Source: Trichosphaerium sp. ATCC 40318 (Eukaryota; Protista; Tubulinea). From it: DNA of 64,000 nucleotides. The notes beneath the pieces were generated by a model, which was given only the letters and a program-made list of their open reading frames with translations, made no database searches and was not told the DNA's origin. The stretch is taken from the NCBI GenBank assembly GCA_038496445.1, contig JALMLS010000022.1, forward strand, positions 62,001-126,000, given 5' to 3'. Numbering within the stretch: the stretch's first letter is position 1; each line of letters begins with the position of its first letter. A program made the position numbers and the translations under genes. This document shows positions 51,575 through 63,606 of the stretch, one piece after another.

Positions 51575-54390
51575 CTACACTTTGACGACCTTCACGTGCG
51601 TTCGTTGCACAACAGGTGTTAATTTCTCACCAGGTGGATGTATGGTCATCATAGCGTAAGTACCACCAGCATAACCACGAGCCAAACGACCAGTGTTAAC
51701 GCATAAAACATCATTCAAGTTCTAAGCATAGAAAATTAGAAGTGAACGTTTAATTTTTGTAGTGCCTTTGTAAAAGGTGTCAATGCAGAGCCAAGGAGCA
51801 GAATATCTGGTGTGTACGACATTTGGTATTGCTTCCATCTACATGTATCCAATTGAGCTTCACCAGTGGCAGGTGGAGGATACAATGGATAAAAGCTTAA
51901 AAACCAAAGTCAATTAAACATGATACAAGTGTAACGAATCTAAAAAAGTGGTACCTTTGTTGTTCTACTAGATGACGAGTAACATCTCCCAATCGATCGC
52001 GTGATTGTTGACCGTTCATAGGAGCGCTATTCGAATGTTATGTAGGTACTTACAAAGACATAACATACCGGCCAAACTCAGCACCAGCAAGATGTCTTAG
52101 AATATCATTTGTTGTGACACCAATGGACACTCCATTAATTCTAATAATGGAGGGATTCGCTGCACAAGTGACTCTGTTGAGAAGCGATTTAGCACTTTGG
52201 TTGAATCCTGGTTGTGGGAATACATAAGAGTGCTAGAAAAGTTAGACTTCCAGAAAAGAATAAAACGGGAAAAAGTATTTATTTCTTTTGCTGAAAAAGA
52301 AACACTAAAAACGGCGAGCTGTAGCAAGCATTAAAATTAAATGCAATAAAACATTTATGTGGGAGTAAACGTACGTGTGCATCATTTAGAGAAGGCACAA
52401 GGATGACTTGGGTGTCGAGGTTACTTAATCTCGATAATCCCTTAGGACTGTTCATTAGCTTGTCAAACACTTGCTCAAAGCTCTCTTCTAGTATAGCGTC
52501 TTCGATATGTGGATGCTTGCTATCTACAAATGGACCCATCTAACAACAACAGTTAACACAAGGCTGGTGTATAGTGAAACTTAAAGCAAAAATAGAGCAA
52601 AACTCACAAGCAATAGAACGTCTGGTTTCTTCTCAATAACTTTCTCCATAAGCTTGTTCCAAGGCTCGTAATCCATATCTGAGGCAATACTGTAAGCTCC
52701 AGAAGCGACCATCATAGTAAATGAAGCATCAGTGGAAGGAGAAGGGCTAACAGAAACTATCAGTAAAAGGTAGTCACAACAGTCAAAAAAGAGCAAAACA
52801 AAACACAGGTAAACGGAACGCACCATGGTGGTTCAGCAGCACTTCGGATAATCTCCTTAGCGACCAAATGTGTACCGTAGTGGTTGTATCCTTTGATAGC
52901 AACAACCTAGAGGTAGTAGAGGTGAGCACAAGTAAACTCACAACACCTTTTGTAGTTCATACCTGACCAGGAAATAGAGAAAATCGTTTTTGCTCAAGCA
53001 AGTCAACACGAACACGCATTGGGTGTCCTGTAATGGAAGAGCTTCCAACCAAAAAAGTTGATCGCATACCTAATCTGCTACTTACTTCAGCTGATACACG
53101 GCCAACAGCAACAACAGGTTCCTAAATAAACGAATCAGCACAAGAAGAAAATGACAAACATTGAATAAAAAAAAAAACCCAGGTCAGAACATACCTGACT
53201 GGCTGTGTCAAATTGACCGACAGCTTCTTCTGGGATATCGTGGTTATCACACAGTTTTTTACCGAAACTCTCCAGATGGTTCTCCAAGTCTACACGCAAG
53301 TGAGTCAACAAGGCGTGTTTGCAAGTAAAATGTTTTGGATTTTTTGTGAGTTTTTTTTTGTTTTAGACTCAGTCAGTAACGTAGATATCGACACGGCATC
53401 AATTCCGTCCGCCCGTTCGCAATGCATCATAGTACAAACAAACAAAAAACAAGTGCAAAGCGTTTTTTACCATTCCTTTTTTGGTTAAAAATACGTACTG
53501 GCATAACGAGTTGATGGCGCTTCATGGCAAGCCATATCAGGTCCAGAACGCTTCTTGTAGCGGTCGTCAATTTCAATTGATATAGGTACTGAGTTTTTAA
53601 GTGTCTGCGGAAGATGTGGATTGAAAGAGACCTGAAATAAACTCGATTAATAATACCCACAAAAAAAAAACTGTAAAAGATTGTAATAACAATGAATAAA
53701 AATACCACGAATCTTGTTGTTGCATTACCTGGATTTCACCAGCGTTTTTACGGCTGACGTATTTGTTACTAACGTGTTGGGAGACAGGGCGGATTTTTGC
53801 TTTCGGTGCGACAACTGGTGCGCGTTTAGGTGTTGGTGCGGGTCCGCTAGGAGCCAAACGTTAGAAAGTTTGAAATTTAACGGTGATAATGTACCCAATT
53901 TGATCAAGGTCCATTATATCAATATCCATAGCCTATATAATGTGTGAGGATACTACATTTGTATTGGCGGTAACGTACATCGTCAGCAATGGATTGCCAA
54001 TTACCAGTAGACTGTACAGCTGGTGCTTTGACCCTACAGGCAATTTTAGTGCTTACAAGTGCGTTTAAAGTATTGTACATTGGTTCTCGTTTAACATTAA
54101 CCAAGTTTGATTTAACCTTGTCTTTGTAAGGTTTAGAACCTTCTAGCATGTGTATAACATCAAGAGTAAGTTTGGTGTCCTCCATAGAGGCGGAAACAAT
54201 CATCCACATGTCTGCGAGGTCCTCTGCGCTAACTCGCCCATTATTTGCCAGTTCCACGGCTTTTACGAGCGTCAGCGCCTATTACATTTACAAAGTACGT
54301 TCTCGCACCTTTTTCAACCGCATTTTCAGCAATTTCAAAATCTTCAGCTTCAAAGGCGTCCTTTAGGCTAGTTCTGGTACATACACTCAT
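51575..54390 (-). CDS. POLA2: DNA polymerase alpha subunit B
   Basis: FSLFPGQVVAIKGYN, VASGAY, KPDVLLLMGPFVDSKHPHI, LVPSLNDAH, QQ-SFYPLYPP, PDILLLGS and CVNTGRLARG. Confidence 0.92.
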
Positions 54391-54413
54391 GTTGTAAGTT
54401 TTAGCCTTCGTTT

Positions 54414-54430
54414 TAAAATGGCGGGACTGG
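54414..54430 (-). promoter_or_regulatory. E2F-like element (TCCCGCCA) just upstream of the POLA2 start
   Basis: The minus strand reads GTCCCGCCATTTT about 30 bp before the ATG, a near match to the E2F site TTTCCCGCC. The function is inferred. Confidence 0.35.
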
Positions 54431-55028
54431 AATATTCGTGACTATCGCAGATCAAGCGGAAACAACACGGCTGCTTGATTTTCACACGTACAGGTCTACT
54501 ACACAGTTAATTTGTACGTATGGGCGACAAGTTGGAAATAGCGTATAGGTGCAACTTTTTGAACTTCGTTTGGGTCCATTGTGCTTGATTGAACGATTGT
54601 GGATTGACACGAAATCTGTAAACGTTCTTCGTACCGTATTTAACCACACAAGTTGAGTTGTAAATGTATAAATTGTTATTGTACAGCGAAATACAATCTG
54701 CTCTTCCACGTGATAAAAGCTATTTTATGAAGTTTTTTGGATAACATAATTACACTTGCATATTGACCTTTTCTGTTCCACTCAACTAATTGTATTCTCC
54801 TTCTTATATCATCGGCGTAAATACAGTGCTTGCACATTTGGCTTTGTATTTCTTAACAAGTGTTGCCTTTGAGACGCAAAGTTTAAAGGTTGTTTCAGTA
54901 TAATCCAAAAAAAACCTTTAAGGTTTTTACTTCGACTTTTTTTTGGAGAATGTTTGATTTACATTGCCTCGGTCTTTTGGGCTCGCCTTGACCGCGTGGA
55001 GGGCACTCTATATCATTAACACACGAGC

Positions 55029-55113
55029 GCTTGGATGCCCGAGTTGGTTAAGGGGCTCGACTCAAGTTCGACTGGACATTACGTCCGCGTGGGTTCAAAT
55101 CCCACTCCAAGCA
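55029..55113 (+). tRNA. trnL-CAA: tRNA-Leu (anticodon CAA), type II with long variable arm
   Basis: Acceptor stem GCTTGGA/TCCAAGC, D-loop AGTTGGTTAAG, anticodon loop CTCAAGT, variable arm GGAC-ATTAC-GTCC and T-loop GGTTCAAATCC. Confidence 0.95.
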
Positions 55114-55374
55114 ATTTTGCAACGCCATGCTAGCTTGAATATGATATTGCAGATTACGCAGCAAGCACGCTTCCCTATTTTTTTTTTATCGTGACTTGCA
55201 AACTTACAATAATGAAAACACGTGCAACTTGATATTCTATCGCCACAACTTTGGACCCAACAGACTGTAAGAGCTTCTCAGATGGTAGGTCACAAGCTCA
55301 AAGCCCTCAGTTCTGGTTTAAGGCCTGATCAAATTGTCAACGGCTTTCTGTTTTAGTCCATCTCAACACAAACA

Positions 55375-56318
55375 ATGCCCAAAGGAAGTTCAAACCAACG
55401 TTCCAAACAAACAACCACCGCCAAAATTATATTAATAGGCGATTCAGGCACTCACTCAACCAATCATTACTATTAACGTTTCAATAGGCTCTGGTGTAGG
55501 CAAAACAGCAATACTGAGCAGATATGTACAAAACAAGTTTACTTCCCAATACAAGGCAACGATTGGTGCTGACTTTGTACGCCAGAAGTAACTTCTCATA
55601 TTTTCAGTTAACACTGTTTGTAAAGCTGTCTAAAATGGTAAACGGAACACATTTTGATCTTAATATCAACCTTCAGATGTGGGAGTACGCCTGGTCTTAC
55701 TACTCGTTTAACCCACTAATACGAGTTTAAGCACTGCAGGTCGCGAACGATTTGCGAGTTTAGGTTGAGAATACAAGGTTTCTGATTGTTGCTCTGATTG
55801 GTTTTTAGGTAATGCATTTTATCGTGGTGCAGATGCTGCTCTTCTCGTTTATGATGTAAAACAAAAGAAAACGTTCGAGAGTTTGAAGCTTTGGAAAGAA
55901 GGACTCGAGCAGATTTTGGGCACTGGTGCTGAAAAGGTGCAATAAACATACCTAAAGTTGTTTGTGCAATTCTAACAATGCAATGCAGTGTGTCATGGTT
56001 CTTGTTGCAAATAAGGTCGAGGATGGTGTGGATAGACAAGTATCCACGAAAGAGGGTAAAGAACTAGCCACTTTCTGGAATATGCTTTACTATGAAGTCA
56101 GTGCCAAAGAGGTCAGTAGACGCGCTGCAGAAGTTTTCTTTTTTTTTCCTATTGCTCACTCGATAGTTCAGGGCACTGGTATCCATGAAATGTTTGCGTC
56201 TATCATCGAAAGACTAGAGACTCCATTGTTTAAGCAACAACAACAACTGCATACAAGCCTAACTGCCAATAGTAACGCTTCTCTCTTACGCAAGTTTTGT
56301 TCGTGGCTTGGTGTATGA
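55375..56318 (+). CDS. Rab-family small GTPase (Rab7-like, divergent)
   Basis: [42 protein letters not shown] and EVSAK after splicing. Confidence 0.9.
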
Positions 56319-56426
56319 AACAAAATCCAAAAAAGGGTGTAACATTAGTTTCAGGTTGATTAATTTAGAATACATTTATTTTATGTACACACGACTAGAG
56401 ATATTTGTTGTTCATTACATTTAAAT

Positions 56427-59400
56427 TTATAGAATAGCGGTGACCGCCATGCAATTGAGATAATGGAAGTAGTGAAGGCAGTGTTTGGCCTCCCTATGTT
56501 AAACAATAATTAGAAAAGAAAAAAAAACAACCTGAACATAAAAATTAAAGCGTACATCTTCTTCCCACTGTTGATAGCGACACTGATAGTTCTTGTACTC
56601 TGCAAGTGCTTTTGGCGCATAAATTTCCAGCTGTTTAGAAAATTGCTGGTCATCGCTGTTGCGCAGTTGACTCTCCACAATTTTTAGGTAGACATTAATC
56701 TTGGAGTGTATTTCCCTATCAAGTATTAGCTAAAAAAACTTGTCATAAAGTCACAAATCAACGTACAAATCATATTTGTCAATGTCATCCGTTGAGTCTG
56801 TTCAACCAAAAATTAGCTTTGCATCATAATAAAAAAAAGAGTTGTTGGCATACCACCGTTTTCTATAGCAGCTTGTAGCGTTGAGCGACGGGTTTTGGTC
56901 ATTTTGTAAATTAATAATTGTTGGTAGTAGTTCCTCACAACATCATCCCAATGAAGGAATAATTTGAAGAAACACTCTTTAAGAAGGAAATCACAGAATA
57001 TAGCATGTCGAACCTACCAGCCTCTTGTGATTAACATCAAGAAATTGTTTAATAATAATATTCAAAGTACCTCTCCTTCAAATAGTTCGGCGTAGTTGTA
57101 TATCAAGGCAACAGTACGACCAACGAGCTGATGGTGATCAGTATTTATTATGCGTTGAAGACCTTGACAGAAAAATTTATAATCAAAGCTTGGGGCAATA
57201 CGAAGATCAACGCGATGTAGTGCACTAAACCAATCGCTAAGTTTATTCAACGCATCTAGGCATGGCATAAACGAGTGACACGTACAATAATATTTGACGT
57301 ACCAACTACTGCTGGAAGGTGATAAACGTTTGTCCTTGTAAATAGACATCGTACAAAGAAATTAAGATGATGTGGTCGCATAACTACCAGAGCTTTGCAC
57401 GTGCGTAGTAAAGCATCAGTAAAGTGTCTTTATTTAGAAAAGGTCAGTATAAGGATGCTACTTTTCATCAAAAAAACGGACCTGGGTATACGCATATTCC
57501 ACAAAAAGGTTCTAACCATGTCATCCCAACCTGGAATTGACTCCAAATCTACATCCTCTGTAACAGCTTCTATTTCAGGGCTTAGCTCATTTGCAATGCA
57601 CTGAAGTCAAGGCTATATAGTCGTACTTGTCTTAATAGCAATCTCAGTGAGCCACTCGCGCATGAACAGAAAGAAAAAAGCATGTCCAGGGCGCTATAAA
57701 GTATTGAATAAGCAAAAGAAGCAACAATGAGCTTTTTGTTACCTTGAAAGGGGTAACCCATGTAGACTTTGCCTTTTGGTGCTCTGTCTTATCAAATACA
57801 GATAAAGCATGATGAAGAATAGGCCAGTAGAACAACAATGGATATTTTTTTGTTATCTCTCGGGGAAAGTATCCAAGGTCTACAGCTAACCTTTAGACTT
57901 TGTAACAAGTAATAAAAAATATGGTACCTTTCTTCAATTGTGCAGCAATTTCTTGCTGCTTACTCTGTGGTAAGCTATTACGGTGCGATTTATCTGGATC
58001 CGCAGTGGTCTGAACTGCAACACCTTCTAGACTAGCAGGGCGTCGGTTCGTTTTTGCAGATAAAGCATCAGGCTTTTCAGTAGTGGGTATTGTTTCTTCA
58101 CTACTAGATTCGTTATGTACATTGTCTGTAACCTCTTCCTGAGTGTCAGTGCTTGTAGTTTTTTCGGCTGCCTCTTCATTGTTTTCACCGTTAGCCACAG
58201 TATTTTCTCCGGTCTCTTCTTGATTGCTATCACTTCCTGCACCAATATTAAGATCAAGGTCTTTGCTGCTATCTGTCACAACTAAATCAATATCTTTATT
58301 ACTGCCTGCGAGATCAGGGCTTGTAGAGGTAGGAGCATCGCTAGGAACTTCTTCATCCGCAGTGTCATTTGAACTGGTCTCAGATTTAACGACTTCTTCC
58401 GTATCAGGTTTTGACTCTGGTTTCTCCTCTTCCTTATCCTCTTTCTCATCTGTTGGAGGCACATATTTTGGACGCTTTCTCCGTATAAACGCGATAGAAC
58501 CAGTAGGTTTGGCTTATACAGGTCAACATTCACTATTTGTGAGAAAAAAAGCCACAAATGACGTCAAGTGTCATGATTTTTTTTTGTGTGAAACAAATTA
58601 ATCGTACCAATTGGAACTGGGTGAGTAAAGTCATTTATTACTTCCCAAGTGGCTTCCTCAGGCGCCATAATAGCGTCGCGTAGTTCCTTACCACACGTTG
58701 GATAATAAAAATACAATCGAGCTGTCATGCGTGCGTATGCTTGATAGAGCTCCTAAACTAAAGTTAACCAAAAAAAATGGTGTAGCGAACTTTAAAGCTT
58801 ATTCTTTTTGTATTGCGGTGAGAAACAAACTAACCATACTGTGCGGTACACCGCTACTATAAGAGCTACGGTCACCATACAACGATAACTGGAAGGATAA
58901 TATGACATGTGTACGAATTAGTAAATTTCTAGGACGTTCTGTAAGCGACGATATGATTATTTCAAATAGATAGAGTGTTGTTCAGCGTAATTTTCAAATA
59001 TTTTGATAGTGACAAACGGAAAAATTAAAAGTTTGTTTACCTGTAATTTCTGAATAGTATGTATACGTCCTTTGTGCAGTGAGGCGTAGGCACCCCTGCA
59101 CTTGTTTGATGAATAAGTAGATACTGTGGGTCAAATTCGCGACGCCCTATTATTCTATGCGAAGGCGTTAGATAAAATGCGATTAGCCTATTCTTCAGGG
59201 TTTTCTTTTTTTCCTTCCTTGTACAAAAAGGAGTGATAGTTTTGAAAAAAGCATTTAGAATTTAGTACGGAGAACGCTGAAACGCTAGTTGGCCTTCATA
59301 CTTACTTGTGCATTGTATTAATAAATAGAGCAATGTCATGTGGCGCTTTTATGACGTCTATCATGAGTAACAATCTACCCCATAGCTCCAGCAAGTGCCT

Positions 59401-59731
59401 TCTTACAATTTGTACAAGTGGCAACATTCTTTCATCGTCCTCGTGGTTTAAAGTTAGCTATAAAATCAATATAAAATGTCCTCACTAATTTAAACGCGTC
59501 CTGGTCCAGAAATTCGTGAAGTGAAAGCAAAGCCTCAGTAATCCGTTTGATTTGCTGCTTGCTCTGACTTTCGCGATCGGCAGCGTTCATAAGAGCATCT
59601 AGCATCAGAATTGCACCGTTGATCTTCTTTTCAAAGCGTTGCGTCCAGTCTGGATAGTTTTCTCGATCCAACACCAACGCAGTGCGCAGGCTCTCGAATC
59701 TTTGAAATACGCTCGAAAAGAATCCTGCCAT
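56427..59731 (-). CDS. DUF1765-like protein
   Basis: ARLYFYYP, LFYWP, IPGWDDMVRTFL, HHQLVGRTVALIYN, FFKLFLHWDDVVRNYYQQLLIYK and YAPKALAEY..YQQWE, with an acidic insert at 57900-58460. Confidence 0.7.
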
Positions 59732-59923
59732 TTTGGTTTAAAGGTTGTTTTCGTAAAATGTCGTGTTGACAGTCCGAAAGTAACAGAAAAATATATAAAT
59801 AGCCTGGAGCAGAGCTCCCAAAGGTCGCGCTCCTTTACAATCAAGTGCGTCGGTTGTGTTTGACAAAGCTTGACAAAAAAAAAAAAAGCAGCCTGTCATT
59901 TCATTCTTAGCATACAGAAAACC

Positions 59924-62208
59924 ATGACAACAAAAGCATCTGCCGATCAAATCATGTACGTCACCTCCAAGCTTGCATATCCACTAGCTCCCTGAGCGTA
60001 AAAAGGAGAAATGTCATCCTAACAAAAATAACGAACTAACATTTAGACGCAATACTTACGCATAAATAGTGTCTCTATCAAAAACGAGCAGCTCACTGCA
60101 TTTTTAAAGGATGAAGACTTGAAGGCTCTACTAGGCGCGATTGAGAACAAAGACGTCAAGAAAGGAACTGTGCTCATCAAGCAAGGTGCGTAACAACCCT
60201 CTTTGGCGCATTATTCGCTATTTGGGTTTTCGTTCCCACTTTTCTCAAGAAACGAGCTAGGTGAACCACAAACAGCTTGTTTCTTCGTATTGGCTGGTGA
60301 ATTGCACAAGACATTACAAGAGACTGAGGAAGGTAGTCACACTGTTTTGAAGACTGGTGAGGTTACCGGGCTCTTGCACTTTTACGCCAACGATCCTGCA
60401 CACGCTACGGTTACAGTACGTGCTCGTACAACGTAATACCGGAATAACTTTTATCAAGGTAGCTGTAGACTCCAAAATAGGCGTCCTTACGCGTGAAAAC
60501 TTCCAAAAGCTCCTTGCTAGCCGTCCATCCTTGAACCAAAGCTTTATTCAATTCTTATCAAAACAAGTCCGCGAGTCTCTTAATCACGTGAAAGCGCTCA
60601 AGGTATGTACATTCTTACACTTAGCAATTAGCAACAAACTTGATTTTATTTTCTGTACTTATGATGTGGATGTGAATCATCATGACAGATGGGAATTTTA
60701 TGAAAAATATTGTTTTTGATTGGTTTTTTTTCTTGATCGTGCAATATTAATTGTTCGTTTAGGAGATTGTAACTGGAAAGGCCGCTGGTCTTCCTGTCGC
60801 ATTTTTTGATGCCAAGTCGTACATGAGAGAAGCCTTTGAGAGCGAAATGAAGAGCAAGGGATACACATTTTCCATCACGTGGTATGCTGACAGACTTACC
60901 TCTGAAACTGCGCACATGGCAGCGGGCCATAAGGTACATTAGTGAAATGCGCTAGAATTACCTCTCACTGGTAAATATTAGGTCGTTTGTTGTTTCGTGT
61001 CTGATATTGTTGATGAAGATGCCATCAACCAACTCGGTGCTGTTGGTGTTGAAATGATTGCTATGAGATGTGCTGGATACGACAACGTTGTATTGAAGGC
61101 ATGTGCTGCCAACAACATTAGGCGCGTGTTATCTTCATATGACGTAACGCTGATTTTTAACATTCTTTGAAGTGTAACACGTGTTCCTGCATATTCTCCT
61201 TATGCTGTAGCTGAGTTTGCATTGTTATTGATGCTCTCCTTGAACCGCAAAATCGTTACTGCATCAAACCGCGTCAGCGCATTGAACTTTTCATTGGACG
61301 GACTTGTAGGCTTTGACATGAGGTACGACAAACACCCTTTTTTTTCGAACTACAGGTTTGTCTTACTTGCGCTGTTTAGAGGTAAAACCGTTGGTATTAT
61401 CGGCACAGGAAAAATCGGATGCATCACTGCCCAGGTACACATTATTTTCCAACGCAACGCACTCATTTGTGTAGATTTGTCTTGGTCTTGGATGCAAAAT
61501 TTTGTGCTTTGACATTTACCAAAACAAAGAGTTACTCGCTAATCCAAGTACGTCACAGTGCAAAGTAGCAGTTTAGTAACAGGTTGTTCTTTGTAGATGT
61601 AAAATACGTATCAAAGGAAGAGCTCTTCAAAAACTCTCACATCATCTCCCTCCATGCTCCTCTACTTAAAGCCACACACCACACGTACTACTGAAGATTG
61701 TTTTTAATTCTGTTGTTGTACTAATTCCTGTGTGAAACTAGTATCAACAAGGAAGCTCTCGATATGATGAAGCCTGGTGTTATAATTATCAATACTTCTA
61801 GAGGACCTCTCATCGATACAGAAGCTCTTCTAGCAGCTGTGTTGAGCGGCAAGGTCGGTGGAGCAGGTATGTGCACTTCTTTTAAACAAACAACAACTTA
61901 GTTTGCAAATTCAAGGTTTGGACGTTGTTGAAGGTGAAAAAGGATTCTTCTACGAGGATATGTCTAACGCACCTGGTATCCAACATAACGCACTATCTCA
62001 GCTCATCACATGTACCAATGTTATTGTTACATCCCATCAAGTACGCGTATAGTTTTTACTAACATTTGTACTCAACTTTCCTGCCTAGGCTTTCTTGTCT
62101 CGTGAGGCACTCTCTAATATCTCTGAGTCTACTTTGGGCAGCATTAAAGAATATGAAGAAGGTAAGAGAGGAGCTGAGCTCACCAACTTTGTAAAACAAG
62201 AGTACTAA
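59924..62208 (+). CDS. D-lactate dehydrogenase (D-2-hydroxyacid dehydrogenase) with N-terminal cyclic-nucleotide-binding domain
   Basis: cNMP domain (KKGTVLIKQGE..FFVLAGEL..GEVTGLLHFY..AHATVT), then MRCAGYDNV, RVPAYSPYAVAE, GFDMRGKTVGIIGTGKIG, INTSRG, GLDVVEGE and VTSHQAFLSREAL. Confidence 0.9.
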
Positions 62209-62410
62209 AAAGAGACAAAAAACAATTGATATAAACAGTTACCCAAAACTATCAAAATGCGTTTCAAGATTTTATGTTGCACTCACTCCAGATTAATATA
62301 CAAAGAATAGTAAACCCGAAAATGAATTAATGATACAAGTCAGCTTTTATTTACATTTTTTCTTATTTGACACTTTTTGTTTTGGGGATTTTTGGGTTTT
62401 TTACATTTCT

Positions 62411-62962
62411 TTACCAATAAAGAGCATCATTGGGTGTTGTGTTGATGAATCGATTTAATATGTTCCTCATCCACGTGGACTTGTTATTAGTAGAACAAGG
62501 CTGATCTAGAGCGACACGTAAACGGCTGAAAGGTTTAGGTTCTCTTGACATCAGTTCTTTGTAAGCTCTTTGTAGACGATTTCGCATTGCGTAGTCACTG
62601 CATTTACGAGCTGTTCTCTTTGGCATGTCGCGAAGCGCGCATAGTAGAAGTTGATGCAACTCCATGAACCCATGAGTTAAAGCGACATCAAGAAGTTCAG
62701 TAAAATGTGCCGGTGTAAATCCATTTGCTCTAGATGCGTGCTCCAGGCACAGATCTTCTACAACACATCTTGGAAAGTTGTGCCCATCAAATTTATGATT
62801 TTTTAGCATGTGCAGCAAGTTTGACAAGATGACCTCCTTTGCGTGTAGTCGCAGTTGTCTGTTGCCTTCAAAATTTGCTATTTGATATATTTCGGCGCAA
62901 TTACAAGCGTCTACTGTTTGTTGCTTGGTGGATTCAGTTGTAGTGGTCTCAAAGTCAGTCAT
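62411..62962 (-). CDS. Intronless hypothetical protein with BACK-like helical repeats
   Basis: 183-aa ORF. NCAEIYQIANFEGNRQLRLHAKEVILSN and HFTELLDVALTHGFMELHQLLL resemble the helical segments that follow BTB domains. Confidence 0.5.
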   Translation of the reverse strand: MTDFETTTTESTKQQTVDACNCAEIYQIANFEGNRQLRLHAKEVILSNLLHMLKNHKFDGHNFPRCVVEDLCLEHASRANGFTPAHFTELLDVALTHGFMELHQLLLCALRDMPKRTARKCSDYAMRNRLQRAYKELMSREPKPFSRLRVALDQPCSTNNKSTWMRNILNRFINTTPNDALYW

Positions 62963-63606
62963 GATTGGTTGTGTTGCTTCTACGTATTAGGTACTGTATA
63001 AATGAATAAACAAGAAGTTTGTGCAGCACAAAAGAAACTCAGGAAAACAAAAAAAGTGTTTATTGTTCACTGATCGTCAGAAAAGCAAATAACAGGCCTC
63101 AAAACAAACGCCAGTTCTCTTCGGTTCTCGAATATAAGGTTTAGACGCTAATTGTTTTTGTACAAATGAGTTCAAAGTCGCAGTGCATACTTAGCCCACC
63201 AACAAAATCCAAATAACGCTGAAACTAATCGAAAATTTGCGTTGTACCACTTTGTAGGTCTGAATGCAGCACTTCTAAAACTTAACAGCTTTATGCGTTT
63301 TATTCGTGGAGCTTAGGGTGTTTTCCAAAAATAAGCTATTGCAGTTTTTCTTCGCTCATTGCTAGCATAAAGCAAGCGCATTGTAATTTTGGACTGTCAG
63401 TGAACAACCGCTTGTTTCCGGTGGCAATTATCAAACAAGAACAGTTTCGCCAAACAGTGCTTTGCCTAAAATACCAAAACGTGTACAATGGGCACCACAC
63501 TGGACCTAACCAAAGAGGAACACAGAGAAAAAAAAAAAAACGACCCATTGACTTTTACCCATTATTTTTTTTTAGGAGAGATTAAAAACGCAACGCTATC
63601 ATCAGC

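Noticed and set aside
55052-55075. C-C mismatch at the top of the tRNA anticodon stem as evidence of editing or recoding
   Set aside because: A mismatch at 27-43 is tolerated in type II tRNAs, and the CAA anticodon, long variable arm and A discriminator all agree with Leu.
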